A stretch of 40,909 nucleotides of DNA from a virus (IMGVR_UViG_3300037962_000344:1-40909), one strand, 5' to 3'; counted from the first letter of the stretch, positions 18,756-27,067 are shown. Notes: a model not told the origin generated them from the letters alone. Translations and numbers: made by a program.

Positions 18756-20145
18756 TCTATTACCAAACGCAGGCACAGGTCAAACCAGTGTACAACATTC
18801 TAATAGTACAATAGATGGAATCAATAATTCTAACAATTGGACTCTCAATAATATTACTGATTATTCTTCTAGCTACAATGAACTAGAAGCAAATGGAACG
18901 GGTACAGTATCTGCAACAGGGACACTGTTAAATATATCTGCAGGGGACCACACAACTACAGAAGATAGTTTAGATGGAGGTGTTACACTTACATCAAAAA
19001 CAGAAGTACAAAACTGTGAGTGGATTGGATCCGCACATAGATGTGGTCAGGCAACATCGGGTCAAGATAGTTATTCTACAACTGTAAATATTTTAGATGA
19101 AGATGAAAATGTATTAGCCACGGTTACACAAAACAGGAATACGGATTCAGGGTACAATAATAATACCTACACGTACACAGATACAGTTACACATACAGGT
19201 GAAGGCTCAAGAAAATGGGAGTGGGAGTGGACTGGCATAGATGGCAACAGTCCCAACAGCACCAGCCCTGTAGGACCCAATTTGTTAGGTGCAGAACTAA
19301 AAGCAACACTATTAGATATACTGTACTCACCATTACCACCTGCAATTAAAAATGAAATAGATGATGTATTTGAAGACATCGGTGAAGAGTTTGAAGAGAT
19401 AGAACAAATCGTAGAAGAGTTTTTTTTCAAAGAAGAGAAAATAGAAATGCAAGAAGAGTTTAAAGAACCTGTCATGATAGTCATGGAAGAAGAAGAAAAG
19501 TTTGAAGAAGAACCTATCTTTGAGGAGTTTGTTATGATAGAAGAGGAAAAAGAAGAAAAACCACCTGTCATGCAGATGGTACAGATGATGAAGGAAGAAG
19601 AAAACGAGGAAGAGGAAGAAGTATTTGAGATGATAGAAACTTTTACTGAGGAAGAAGAAAAACCAAAAGAAGAGAAAACTACATCTGAATTATTACAAGA
19701 AGGTTTTGAAGAAGAGCAAAAAGAAAATGAAGAAGAAGAACCCAATAGCGAAACTACTGAGACTGCCGATGCTACGGAAGAGGATAGTAGCGAGCAAAAA
19801 GAAGTACAACAGAAAGAGACAAAAACAGTTGGACTTACGGAAGTCTTAGAAAAAATCGACGAACAGGTTAAAGATATTGACAAAAACTTGCAACTAAAAA
19901 ATTTAGTAAAAATAAAAGTTATGGCTAGTAATAATATGTTGGAAGCATATAATATTCCGTTCTATAAACCGAAAGATATATATTTAGATCAAGTAGATAT
20001 GACAGATAATAGAATTATTTACACAAAAGATTTAGTTGAATACAAACAAAATGATCCTATTTTTATACAAAAACAAAAGCTTAATGGTATTTTACAAAAA
20101 AGACAAAATTTGATAAAAGAATTACAGGTTTTACAAAATGGATAA
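18676..20145 (+). CDS. Exported protein with beta-rich N-domain and long Glu-rich stalk
   Basis: Signal-like N-terminus, T/N/S/G-rich domain with a Cys pair, about 160 aa extremely acidic region, C-terminal coiled coil. Confidence 0.7.
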   Translation: MRFIVLINFLMMLIHTTGLTETATTNNLLPNAGTGQTSVQHSNSTIDGINNSNNWTLNNITDYSSSYNELEANGTGTVSATGTLLNISAGDHTTTEDSLDGGVTLTSKTEVQNCEWIGSAHRCGQATSGQDSYSTTVNILDEDENVLATVTQNRNTDSGYNNNTYTYTDTVTHTGEGSRKWEWEWTGIDGNSPNSTSPVGPNLLGAELKATLLDILYSPLPPAIKNEIDDVFEDIGEEFEEIEQIVEEFFFKEEKIEMQEEFKEPVMIVMEEEEKFEEEPIFEEFVMIEEEKEEKPPVMQMVQMMKEEENEEEEEVFEMIETFTEEEEKPKEEKTTSELLQEGFEEEQKENEEEEPNSETTETADATEEDSSEQKEVQQKETKTVGLTEVLEKIDEQVKDIDKNLQLKNLVKIKVMASNNMLEAYNIPFYKPKDIYLDQVDMTDNRIIYTKDLVEYKQNDPIFIQKQKLNGILQKRQNLIKELQVLQNG

Positions 20146-20455
20146 AATTAAAAATCAATTAGCCGGTGTAGCAGCTTTACTTGGTGTCATTGCAGCAATT
20201 GGTGGTGGCTTTGTAAAGTATGGAGAGATTGTAACTAAACTAGATGCATTAGAGGGTGCTAGTGGTGGTACAGATTGGTCTCCACAGATTGCAGTGTTAG
20301 AAGAAAAAGTATCTGCATTAGAAAATCAAGACACATCACACACTCACGAAGAACATGGTCATACTAAAATATTAGTCAACGAAAAAACAATTCAAATATT
20401 ACAAAATCAAATAGACGAACTAAAAGCAAAGAGCGATAATCCATTAGCACAATAA
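20138..20455 (+). CDS. Single-TM coiled-coil protein (spanin- or holin-like candidate)
   Basis: LAGVAALLGVIAAIGGGFV followed by heptads; directly precedes the endolysin. Confidence 0.6.
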   Translation: MDKIKNQLAGVAALLGVIAAIGGGFVKYGEIVTKLDALEGASGGTDWSPQIAVLEEKVSALENQDTSHTHEEHGHTKILVNEKTIQILQNQIDELKAKSDNPLAQ

Positions 20456-20931
20456 TGAATCTTTCACGTAACTTCACTCTTCAAGAGTTAATCAAATCAG
20501 ATACTGCTATCCGTTTGGACATCAATAACAATCCAAACTCAGGTCAGATAGAAAAACTAAAAGCTTTGTGTGAAAATATTTTACAACCAGTGCGTGACCA
20601 TTTTGGCAGGGTTAAGGTGACAAGCGGGTTCCGTAGCGAGCAGCTGTGTATTAAGATCGGCAGCTCAGTCAACAGCCAACATGCCCGTGCAGAAGCTGCG
20701 GATTTTGAAGTGATGGGCACAGATAATGCAGAATTAGCTGACTGGATCAATAAGAACCTGGACTACGATCAATTGATATTGGAGTTCTATACTCCTGGTG
20801 AGCCGAACAGTGGGTGGATACATTGCAGCTACACACCTGACCAACCAAGAAAACAATTCTTGCATGCATATAAGTCAGAAGGTAAAACAAAATACAAACC
20901 AATAATAGGAAAGGCGAAAGATCTAGTATGA
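20455..20931 (+). CDS. Peptidase M15 family endolysin
   Basis: LSRNFTLQEL, TSGFR, SQH..AEAAD and WIHCSY Zn-ligand motifs. Confidence 0.88.
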   Translation: MNLSRNFTLQELIKSDTAIRLDINNNPNSGQIEKLKALCENILQPVRDHFGRVKVTSGFRSEQLCIKIGSSVNSQHARAEAADFEVMGTDNAELADWINKNLDYDQLILEFYTPGEPNSGWIHCSYTPDQPRKQFLHAYKSEGKTKYKPIIGKAKDLV

Positions 20932-21149
20932 GTCTAATAGATAAAAAAGCTGTAGAGATGTTTAGAAAGATAGATACAGTACATGGACATTGTGAAAACT
21001 GCGATGAAGATGCAATCTTAGTTGCAATCGTTTCAGAGTATTATCGATGTACAAACTGTGGTCATGACACTAGACAACATGTAAATGGAAGTATCCGATA
21101 CATGCAATTAACTGAGAGTGACAAGGCGTTTATAAAAGAACATGGCTAG
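20928..21149 (+). CDS. Zinc-ribbon protein
   Basis: CENC...CTNC. Confidence 0.7.
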   Translation: MSLIDKKAVEMFRKIDTVHGHCENCDEDAILVAIVSEYYRCTNCGHDTRQHVNGSIRYMQLTESDKAFIKEHG

Positions 21150-21279
21150 ACAGAAATTTGTACATTTTGTCCCAAGACCAAAGCCTCGTAAACGTCCAGG
21201 CATTCATAAAAAAAGAAAGAATAAAGATGAAAAACGTGATTTTAAAAAATATAACCGACAAGGCAGACGAGCTAGCTAG
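21142..21279 (+). CDS. 45-aa highly basic protein (not in ORF track)
   Basis: MARQKFVHFVPRPKPRKRPGIHKKRKNKDEKRDFKKYNRQGRRAS. Confidence 0.55.
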   Translation: MARQKFVHFVPRPKPRKRPGIHKKRKNKDEKRDFKKYNRQGRRAS

Positions 21280-21376
21280 AGAATATAACAGGACCAAAGA
21301 TCCTAAATATAAGGAAGAATGGTATAAAATTTTAAAAGAAATACCTATTGACAATAACTATAATTATCCTATATAG
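21227..21376 (+). CDS. Small hypothetical protein
   Basis: ATG at 21227; DELAREYNRTKDPKYKEEWYK helical pattern. Confidence 0.5.
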   Translation: MKNVILKNITDKADELAREYNRTKDPKYKEEWYKILKEIPIDNNYNYPI

Positions 21377-21377
21377 T
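21348..21377 (+). promoter_or_regulatory. Putative sigma70-type promoter
   Basis: TTGACA-N18-TATAGT, upstream of SD GAAAGGA and the ATG at 21405. Confidence 0.6.
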
Positions 21378-21404
21378 TAGATAGTCTAACGAAAGGAATA
21401 TATT

Positions 21405-21593
21405 ATGACAGACACAAGTAAATATAGGAGTCTTGCCGTATCACACGATACGTACGATAAGATTGGTAAGATCTCCAAGAATCTGGCACCAGGGGTCACT
21501 CTGTCCAGAGCACAAACAGTGAAAGTACTAGTTGACGAGAAAGTGAAGAAATTAAATGGCAAACTTACAAAGTCTATTTCCAAAAGCAGTTAA
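21405..21593 (+). CDS. Putative ribbon-helix-helix DNA-binding protein
   Basis: YRSLAV strand followed by two helices (HDTYDKIGKIS; SRAQTVKVLV). Confidence 0.5.
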   Translation: MTDTSKYRSLAVSHDTYDKIGKISKNLAPGVTLSRAQTVKVLVDEKVKKLNGKLTKSISKSS

Positions 21594-21870
21594 GCTTCAC
21601 GAAACATTTGATCCAGAGAGAAATCTTTGGAGAAACGTTTTAATCGTAGCACTGGAGGATGCGCTAGGTCGACATGCTTTGAATAAAAATTATGGTTATT
21701 CAAGAAGTAGTTCGGCTAAACTATCGCGTTCTTATTTTACAGAACCTAATGGTGATTTTAAAACTGTATGTAATCTCGCAGGTTTTGATCACGAGTACAT
21801 TAGAATGAAAGCAAAACAATACTTTAATAGAAAGAAGAAAGAAAATGAAGAAGAAGATAATCTGTCCTAG
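21556..21870 (+). CDS. Hypothetical phage protein
   Basis: ERNLWRNVL...DFKTVCNLAG segments. Confidence 0.7.
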   Translation: MANLQSLFPKAVKLHETFDPERNLWRNVLIVALEDALGRHALNKNYGYSRSSSAKLSRSYFTEPNGDFKTVCNLAGFDHEYIRMKAKQYFNRKKKENEEEDNLS

Positions 21871-22003
21871 ATGCAAAGGCAATGGTTATTTAAAAGTTGT
21901 AAAAGAAGTTCAATGGCCTCAAAAAGAAGAGATCATTGTAGTTCAATGTCCAATGTGTAATTCGGAAGGAGAAATAGAGGATGTCGATCGAAAAACAAAT
22001 TAA
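21845..22003 (+). CDS. DnaJ-type CxxCxGxG zinc-finger protein (not in ORF track)
   Basis: 52 aa: CPRCKGNG...CPMCNSEG. Confidence 0.7.
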   Translation: MKKKIICPRCKGNGYLKVVKEVQWPQKEEIIVVQCPMCNSEGEIEDVDRKTN

Positions 22004-22178
22004 TACTTTGAAAAAGGTCAATGAAGTCCATCGTATCGTTCATAGAAATAATTCTATCTATACGAGGGACCTTGTTGGCAGTCTTATTGAAAAGATAAGA
22101 ATGTTACAAAAACAAAAAAAGTTCTTACAAACTAAATTAAGGGAGGCATGCAATGGAACTAAGAACAGTGATAATTGA
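21981..22178 (+). CDS. Hypothetical coiled-coil protein
   Basis: 65 aa with SD GAGG. Confidence 0.55.
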   Translation: MSIEKQINTLKKVNEVHRIVHRNNSIYTRDLVGSLIEKIRMLQKQKKFLQTKLREACNGTKNSDN

Positions 22179-22356
22179 AGCTTTAGAAAAAAGATACGAA
22201 GCACAACTTGCTGAATCTGATGCAACTCTAAAAATATATTTAGAGAACAGTGTTGGTATTGGTGAACATCCACAACACGTTGATGAATGTGATAAGTTGA
22301 TTGCAAAAGTTGCTGAAGCTGAAGAGAAGTTAAGAGTTTTAAGACAATACAGATGA
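22153..22356 (+). CDS. Hypothetical helical-hairpin phage protein
   Basis: IYLENSVGIGEHP motif; SD GGAGG. Confidence 0.75.
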   Translation: MELRTVIIEALEKRYEAQLAESDATLKIYLENSVGIGEHPQHVDECDKLIAKVAEAEEKLRVLRQYR

Positions 22357-22436
22357 TAGGTTTATTTTTTATAGGTATGGTTGTTTCTGTTATTGTTCTT
22401 GCAGTTTTATTATATGTGAGAAAATATGATTTATAG
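22353..22436 (+). CDS. 27-aa single-TM peptide (not in ORF track)
   Basis: MIGLFFIGMVVSVIVLAVLLYVRKYDL; ATGA-coupled. Confidence 0.55.
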   Translation: MIGLFFIGMVVSVIVLAVLLYVRKYDL

Positions 22437-22443
22437 ATGTGGA

Positions 22444-22574
22444 AAAGGACGAGCCCCATGCAACAAATGCTACGCGCTAAGTGCCACTGGGGGTTACATA
22501 TCGGGATGCTAAAACCTACCCTGAGTATTCGAGCCTTTGGCGACCCGTTAGTACGTGCACGGAAAGCGGGCGTT
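22444..22574 (+). ncRNA. Candidate structured RNA
   Basis: GC-rich island with nested stems, G-U pairs on the + strand, an AGUA/GAA loop-E motif and a GUGCAC palindromic loop. Confidence 0.5.
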
Positions 22575-22576
22575 TG

Positions 22577-23122
22577 ATGGATCTTGATTTATCTAAAGCT
22601 GTAAAAGTAGAAACAATTGTAGAAGGAGTTATGCCAGATAAATTTTATTTATTTGCTAATGGTGGTCCACACTATTTTTCAAAAATACCAGAAGAACATG
22701 ATATTGGTATTTATAGAGAAAAGATATGGCCCTATCTTGTATGTGTATCTAATGGTGTAATTAATTCTAGACAACAATTTGGATCACTAGACCCGAAAGG
22801 ATATGTAATTGTTAGACTTGATAAAGTTGGAGAAAGAAGACAAGCTTTTCATAAAAGTCAAAATAAAAGAAAAATTAGATATCATTATAACCAAACCTAC
22901 TCAATGATGCACAGATTAGTTGCGAAAGCTTTTATACCTAATCACAATCCAAAAGAACTAACTCAAGTTCATCATAAAAATGATTGTAAGTTTGATTATA
23001 GAATAGAAAATTTAGATTGGGTGACTCACAGAGAAAATTCTATAGATGGAAGTAAAGGTAAAAAGGTTGACCCTCTTGAAAGATTTAATTTTTTCTCTAA
23101 AAAAGATTGGTTTAAGAAATGA
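22577..23122 (+). CDS. HNH homing endonuclease (I-HmuI-like core)
   Basis: MHRLVAKAFIPN...VHHKND.K.D.RIENLDWVT..EN. Start set at ATG 22577 rather than the GTG inside the structured region. Confidence 0.85.
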   Translation: MDLDLSKAVKVETIVEGVMPDKFYLFANGGPHYFSKIPEEHDIGIYREKIWPYLVCVSNGVINSRQQFGSLDPKGYVIVRLDKVGERRQAFHKSQNKRKIRYHYNQTYSMMHRLVAKAFIPNHNPKELTQVHHKNDCKFDYRIENLDWVTHRENSIDGSKGKKVDPLERFNFFSKKDWFKK

Positions 23123-23889
23123 CTATAATACAATTAGATACCTCAATTAAAAACGATGAAGGTGTTGTTCATCAATTTATGAAAAAAAGTTTGTGGTATA
23201 ATATAACTAAAAGAAAATATGGAAATGTGTTTTGGAAAAAATCAGAAAAATTTAATTTTGATAATAGATTAAGGTTAGAAAATAAAAAAGCTTACTTAGA
23301 ATTAGAAATAAAATTAAATAATAAAACAATTATACCTGATATATCTGTGTTCGATGATGAGGGAAATATTGAGACAGTTATTGAATGTATTGATACGTCA
23401 AGACCAAGTCTAACTAAATATGAATGTTATATTAATTCTAATATTAATGTAATTTTTGTAAACACAGAAAGTAAAATTGGTGGGTTTGGCGGTGGATACG
23501 TTGATTGTGATTTAATAATTTTAAAAGAAAATCCAGAACGTTATAGATTTTTAACACTATTAAAACATCTTGCTAAACTAACACGTGATTGGACAGAAGG
23601 ATTTAAGTATATAGGAAAGTTTGAAAATGATGATACTTATTTTTTATTTGGTAAAAATAAAGAATATGGCGTAAGATTTTTTAATTCCACAATGTATACA
23701 AATGGAAATTTTTCTAAATCTAATTCAAAAAAAATTCCTGTATTACTAAAACAATATGTAGAGAAATTTAAAAAAGATGACGTAATTCAAACAGTAGATT
23801 ATAGGGGTCAGATATGGGTTCCAAGAGAAGAGTTTATGATGGGTATCCGTAAGTACGATGAAAGAACAATAAATTATTGGAGTTTATAA
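23119..23889 (+). CDS. Putative PD-(D/E)XK-like nuclease, AT-rich accessory gene
   Basis: LE...IPDISV...VIECI pattern; visibly lower GC than the flanking core genes. Confidence 0.5.
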   Translation: MTIIQLDTSIKNDEGVVHQFMKKSLWYNITKRKYGNVFWKKSEKFNFDNRLRLENKKAYLELEIKLNNKTIIPDISVFDDEGNIETVIECIDTSRPSLTKYECYINSNINVIFVNTESKIGGFGGGYVDCDLIILKENPERYRFLTLLKHLAKLTRDWTEGFKYIGKFENDDTYFLFGKNKEYGVRFFNSTMYTNGNFSKSNSKKIPVLLKQYVEKFKKDDVIQTVDYRGQIWVPREEFMMGIRKYDERTINYWSL

Positions 23890-24596
23890 TGAAATGGAAT
23901 AAGAAATTCGATTACCCGCCATCGACTAGATCTCTAGTCATGGGTCAAAGACACTACGATATAGGTAATGATAAGTTACCATCGGTAACAACGATCCTAT
24001 CACAAACGCAACCAGAAGAAAAGAAAGCAAAGTTGTCTGAATGGCAGCAGAAAGTAGGCAAGAATGAGGCAGACAGAATCAGGGATCAATCTGCTGAAAG
24101 AGGCACAATCATGCATAGGATCTTAGAAGGCTATTTAACGGGCCATAGACACGCTGATTTAAGCGATTTAGGTAGTCAGGCAGGGTTGATGGCCAAAAAA
24201 ATTTGGGAGGCTGATTTAAGGGACTCTATGGACGAAGTATGGGGTACTGAAGTAACTGTTTATTATCCTGGATTGTATGCTGGAGCGACTGATTTAGTTG
24301 GAATTTATAATGGGGCACAGATTATAGGGGATTTCAAGCAGACTAACAAGCCTAAACGTAAAGAGTGGATACAAGACTATTTCTTACAACTTGCAGCATA
24401 TGGCATGGCCCATAATCACGTCTACGGGACAGCTATACAGTCTGGAGTGATTCTAATGTGCAGTCCTGATTTGGTGTTTCAGAGGTTTTTTGTAACACCT
24501 AAAGAGTACCAGGTGTTACAGTGGGAATGGTTAAAAAGGGTTGATTTATATTACAAAATGAAGGGATCAGGCGTCAGGGACCAGGGAAACCTATAG
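23889..24596 (+). CDS. PD-(D/E)XK exonuclease (RecB/MGME1-like)
   Basis: PSVTTIL, RGTIMH, E, YAGATDL, DFK and QLAAY motifs; TAATG-coupled start at 23889. Confidence 0.88.
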   Translation: MKWNKKFDYPPSTRSLVMGQRHYDIGNDKLPSVTTILSQTQPEEKKAKLSEWQQKVGKNEADRIRDQSAERGTIMHRILEGYLTGHRHADLSDLGSQAGLMAKKIWEADLRDSMDEVWGTEVTVYYPGLYAGATDLVGIYNGAQIIGDFKQTNKPKRKEWIQDYFLQLAAYGMAHNHVYGTAIQSGVILMCSPDLVFQRFFVTPKEYQVLQWEWLKRVDLYYKMKGSGVRDQGNL

Positions 24597-24746
24597 AAGT
24601 AAAAAATATATTTTATGAAAAATTTTTTTCAAATAGGTGTAAAAAGGTGTTACAGTGTTACAAAATTAAATTACATAGTAATATCAACACTTTTAGAGCA
24701 AATTCTTGTAACACTAAGGGTGTTACAAGGTGTTACAAGTGTTACA
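24491..24746. repeat. GTGTTACA iteron cluster, candidate replication origin
   Basis: Direct copies at 24513, 24647, 24655, 24720, 24730 and 24739; inverted copies at 24491 and 24707; AT-rich flanks. Confidence 0.7.
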
Positions 24747-24813
24747 AAATCCCTAGACCTTTTAAAAATATTATTTGGAAATAAAATTGTTATAAATGTA
24801 AAAAATAAATCTA

Positions 24814-25098
24814 ATGAAAAGAAAAAAATCACAATATAAACATGCGGTTATTGATAACAAGCGTTATTATTTTTATTCTATCCGTTGGGTCGATATCATG
24901 GGGGACTCCTCCCATGCCTCCAAAGACGAGTTCAACAAAATGGAACCCGCTTTCATTACTACTCATGCCTATCTGTTCAAAAGAGACAATAAGTATGTGT
25001 ACACCTTTGCGAGTTTTGATGAGAATGAAGCGGTCTTCTCCGACAGAAACATCTTCCCAAAAGGATGCATCGTCTCGATGAAAAGAGTTTTAGTTTAA
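24814..25098 (+). CDS. Hypothetical phage protein
   Basis: IRWVDI...TFAS...IFPKGCI segments. Confidence 0.7.
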   Translation: MKRKKSQYKHAVIDNKRYYFYSIRWVDIMGDSSHASKDEFNKMEPAFITTHAYLFKRDNKYVYTFASFDENEAVFSDRNIFPKGCIVSMKRVLV

Positions 25099-25608
25099 TG
25101 GATCTTCTGTTTTCTTTATTGCTGGTTGTCTTACTTTTTCTTTCAGCTCTTCAACTTCGACACCCTCTAGTATGGGCGAATAATCTTCCATTATTTGTTT
25201 CATTCGTGATTCTAATTCTTCTGTTGTTAAGTCTTCTAGTTTACCTGTACGTATTATCTTCTGTTCAATATATAGACCAGCTGCCTTTCCGCGTGCAACT
25301 TCTGCATTAACTGCTGCAGACCATGCACCTTTCTTTAGTGCAGCTTTTCTAATTTGACCTAACTCTGCAATATGTTTTTCATAAGTTACTTCGTATTTCT
25401 TCTGCCACTCTTCTCTCAGTTCACCTATATATTTGACTACGAGTGGATATAATTTTGGATTCTGTAATTTACTTGCGTATTGTCTTGCTGAGTCTTTGGC
25501 AAATCCAGCATCGACTGCACACTCCGTAGCTGTCTTTCTACCTTCGTTTGTTACCAGTTCGTAAGCAAACTTCATTTGTTGTTCTGTTAATTTTTTTGGT
25601 AAACCCAT
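25090..25608 (-). CDS. terS: Terminase small subunit
   Basis: LTEQQMKFA..L...TATECAVDAGFA..SARQYASKL HTH followed by oligomerisation helices. Confidence 0.8.
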   Translation of the reverse strand: MGLPKKLTEQQMKFAYELVTNEGRKTATECAVDAGFAKDSARQYASKLQNPKLYPLVVKYIGELREEWQKKYEVTYEKHIAELGQIRKAALKKGAWSAAVNAEVARGKAAGLYIEQKIIRTGKLEDLTTEELESRMKQIMEDYSPILEGVEVEELKEKVRQPAIKKTEDPLN

Positions 25609-25653
25609 ACTTTACTTTTACTACAACAATGATATTAATCAATACTTAGTTGT

Positions 25654-25878
25654 ATGAATGGAAAGTTATTAAGACAAGTATTAGATAAGATGTTGAAGTC
25701 ACCTTCAGCTGGTGAAGCAAGGGTGCAAGTGTGTCTACCGGATGGTAAATATTATGACATCACCTCTTTACAAATGTTGGAAAATAAATTAATTGGTCAT
25801 AGAGAATCACACCGACTCGTGTTTACTGTCAAAGCTGAAACCTGGAATATGGGTAAAGTTTTAAAGAAAATTGGTTAG
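25654..25878 (+). CDS. Hypothetical protein
   Basis: 74 aa, divergent from terS. Confidence 0.65.
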   Translation: MNGKLLRQVLDKMLKSPSAGEARVQVCLPDGKYYDITSLQMLENKLIGHRESHRLVFTVKAETWNMGKVLKKIG

Positions 25879-25887
25879 CCGGTAGTA

Positions 25888-26268
25888 GTGAAACCGGAGA
25901 CTAAATTTTGGCATGAGATTAAAACGTTCGTTACTAAAAATAATTGCACATTATCATTTACACGCTTGGAAAATAGCGCTTCATGGGGTACTCCTGATCT
26001 ATTGGGCTATAATAGTAATGGTGTCTTTTTCACTGTAGAATTAAAAGTAACAAAGACAAACAAAGTTCGCTTCTCTCCACATCAAATTGCGTTCCATGTG
26101 AAACATCCAAACAATAGTTTTATCTTAGTAAAGACCCTGACTCCTGTCTCTGTAAAACTTTATCAGGGAAAAAGTATCCGGGAGCTTGTTGCTTGCGGCT
26201 TGGAGCTTGAGGCTTGTTGCTTGGGGCTTGAAGCTTGCATCAAGAATCTTGAACAGCTTGGTGCTTGA
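25888..26268 (+). CDS. VRR-NUC / Holliday-junction-resolvase-like nuclease
   Basis: E..F, GTPDL, VELK and FSPHQIAFH motifs. The C-terminus runs through a heptamer array. Confidence 0.8.
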   Translation: MKPETKFWHEIKTFVTKNNCTLSFTRLENSASWGTPDLLGYNSNGVFFTVELKVTKTNKVRFSPHQIAFHVKHPNNSFILVKTLTPVSVKLYQGKSIRELVACGLELEACCLGLEACIKNLEQLGA

Positions 26269-26302
26269 CGCTTGCAGCTTGTGGCTTGGAGCTTGAAGCT
26301 TT
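26184..26302 (+). repeat. GCTTGNN heptamer arrays (8 + 6 units)
   Basis: GCTTG every 7 nt at 26184-26233 and at 26256-26291, then a degenerate unit at 26298. Confidence 0.9.
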
Positions 26303-26422
26303 GGGGCCCGGACCAGGCGAACGCTGCTTCCCAGCCGTCGCCGGTTCTTTGCTAATTGCCTGATCCGATTTATTACGCTTACGTAATTCTTTATAATAGT
26401 TTGGGTGTTTAAATACGTGCAT
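26240..26422 (-). CDS. Small hypothetical protein
   Basis: TAATG-coupled to the upstream minus-strand gene; MHVFKHPNYYKELRK; tail encoded by the repeats. Confidence 0.45.
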   Translation of the reverse strand: MHVFKHPNYYKELRKRNKSDQAISKEPATAGKQRSPGPGPKASSSKPQAASVKHQAVQDS

Positions 26423-27021
26423 TAGTGTTTACCGTATATAACACTTTTAATTTCTTTATTCCAGCACTGTCGACAGCTGCCACACTTGCCGCCCTGGTCC
26501 GGTGCTGGACAGGTTCGAGCTTCGCCAGTCGTGACGCCTGAGTCATGAGTCCAGGCAGCTGGCACAGGTCCATCAATCTTGCTTCTTGACAGCCTGATCA
26601 CCAGGTTGTCTGGCACCTCTTCAGGGTCCGGCAGGTACTGCCGCTCTTGCGTTGGCAGCCAGTGCTTTGTGTCTGGTGTTAATCTGCATACTTCTAAAAT
26701 TTTTTGCATATGCTCTGGGCTCTGTACATCGCCGGCATCATGCCACCTGAACCACTTCTGGCGCTTGATCACTGTAGCCATGGCCTGGACCCAGTCCGGA
26801 TGGTTAATAGCTTTCAGTCTTCTGTATTGAGCTTCTTTGATTGCCGGGTACCTGGTATAGTTACCTTTCTTTGCATAACAGAAAAAGCAAGGCGTGCCTT
26901 CTACCTGCGACAGCTTCCAGCCGGTCTTGCATTCCCATGCGGGAAGGCTGTAGCTCAAGCCCGGCATCTTACTAGTTCTGGTGAATGAGTCTGTAATTTT
27001 TAATGCTTCATTTACTTTCAT
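26422..27021 (-). CDS. Gp88-like protein with radical-SAM-like Cys motif
   Basis: C-x12-CxxCYA, FRWHDAGD, HWLPT, and C-terminal CPA...CGSCRQCW...H; SD AGGAG. Confidence 0.75.
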   Translation of the reverse strand: MKVNEALKITDSFTRTSKMPGLSYSLPAWECKTGWKLSQVEGTPCFFCYAKKGNYTRYPAIKEAQYRRLKAINHPDWVQAMATVIKRQKWFRWHDAGDVQSPEHMQKILEVCRLTPDTKHWLPTQERQYLPDPEEVPDNLVIRLSRSKIDGPVPAAWTHDSGVTTGEARTCPAPDQGGKCGSCRQCWNKEIKSVIYGKH

Positions 27022-27038
27022 AATTTCTCCTATAAGTT

Positions 27039-27067
27039 CCTATAACACAATACAGGTCCCGGGTCAA
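27039..27067 (-). promoter_or_regulatory. Putative promoter
   Basis: TTGACC-N17-TATAGG with TG upstream of the -10 box; abuts a heptamer array. Confidence 0.5.

Noticed and set aside
19167-19883. 238-aa Ser-rich antisense ORF and similar shadow ORFs (e.g. 2753-3322, 32531-33049, 35641-36012)
   Set aside because: These are reverse-frame by-products of biased codon usage in the real plus-strand genes.
22444-23122. Group I intron carrying the HNH gene
   Set aside because: No interrupted host gene and no recognisable P7 core; the flanking ORFs are complete.
23889-24596. Exonuclease as Cas4
   Set aside because: It lacks the four-Cys Fe-S motif and any CRISPR context; it reads as an ordinary phage PD-(D/E)XK exonuclease.
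24615-24839. 74-aa ORF over the iterons
   Set aside because: No SD, and the VT-rich sequence is explained by the DNA repeats.
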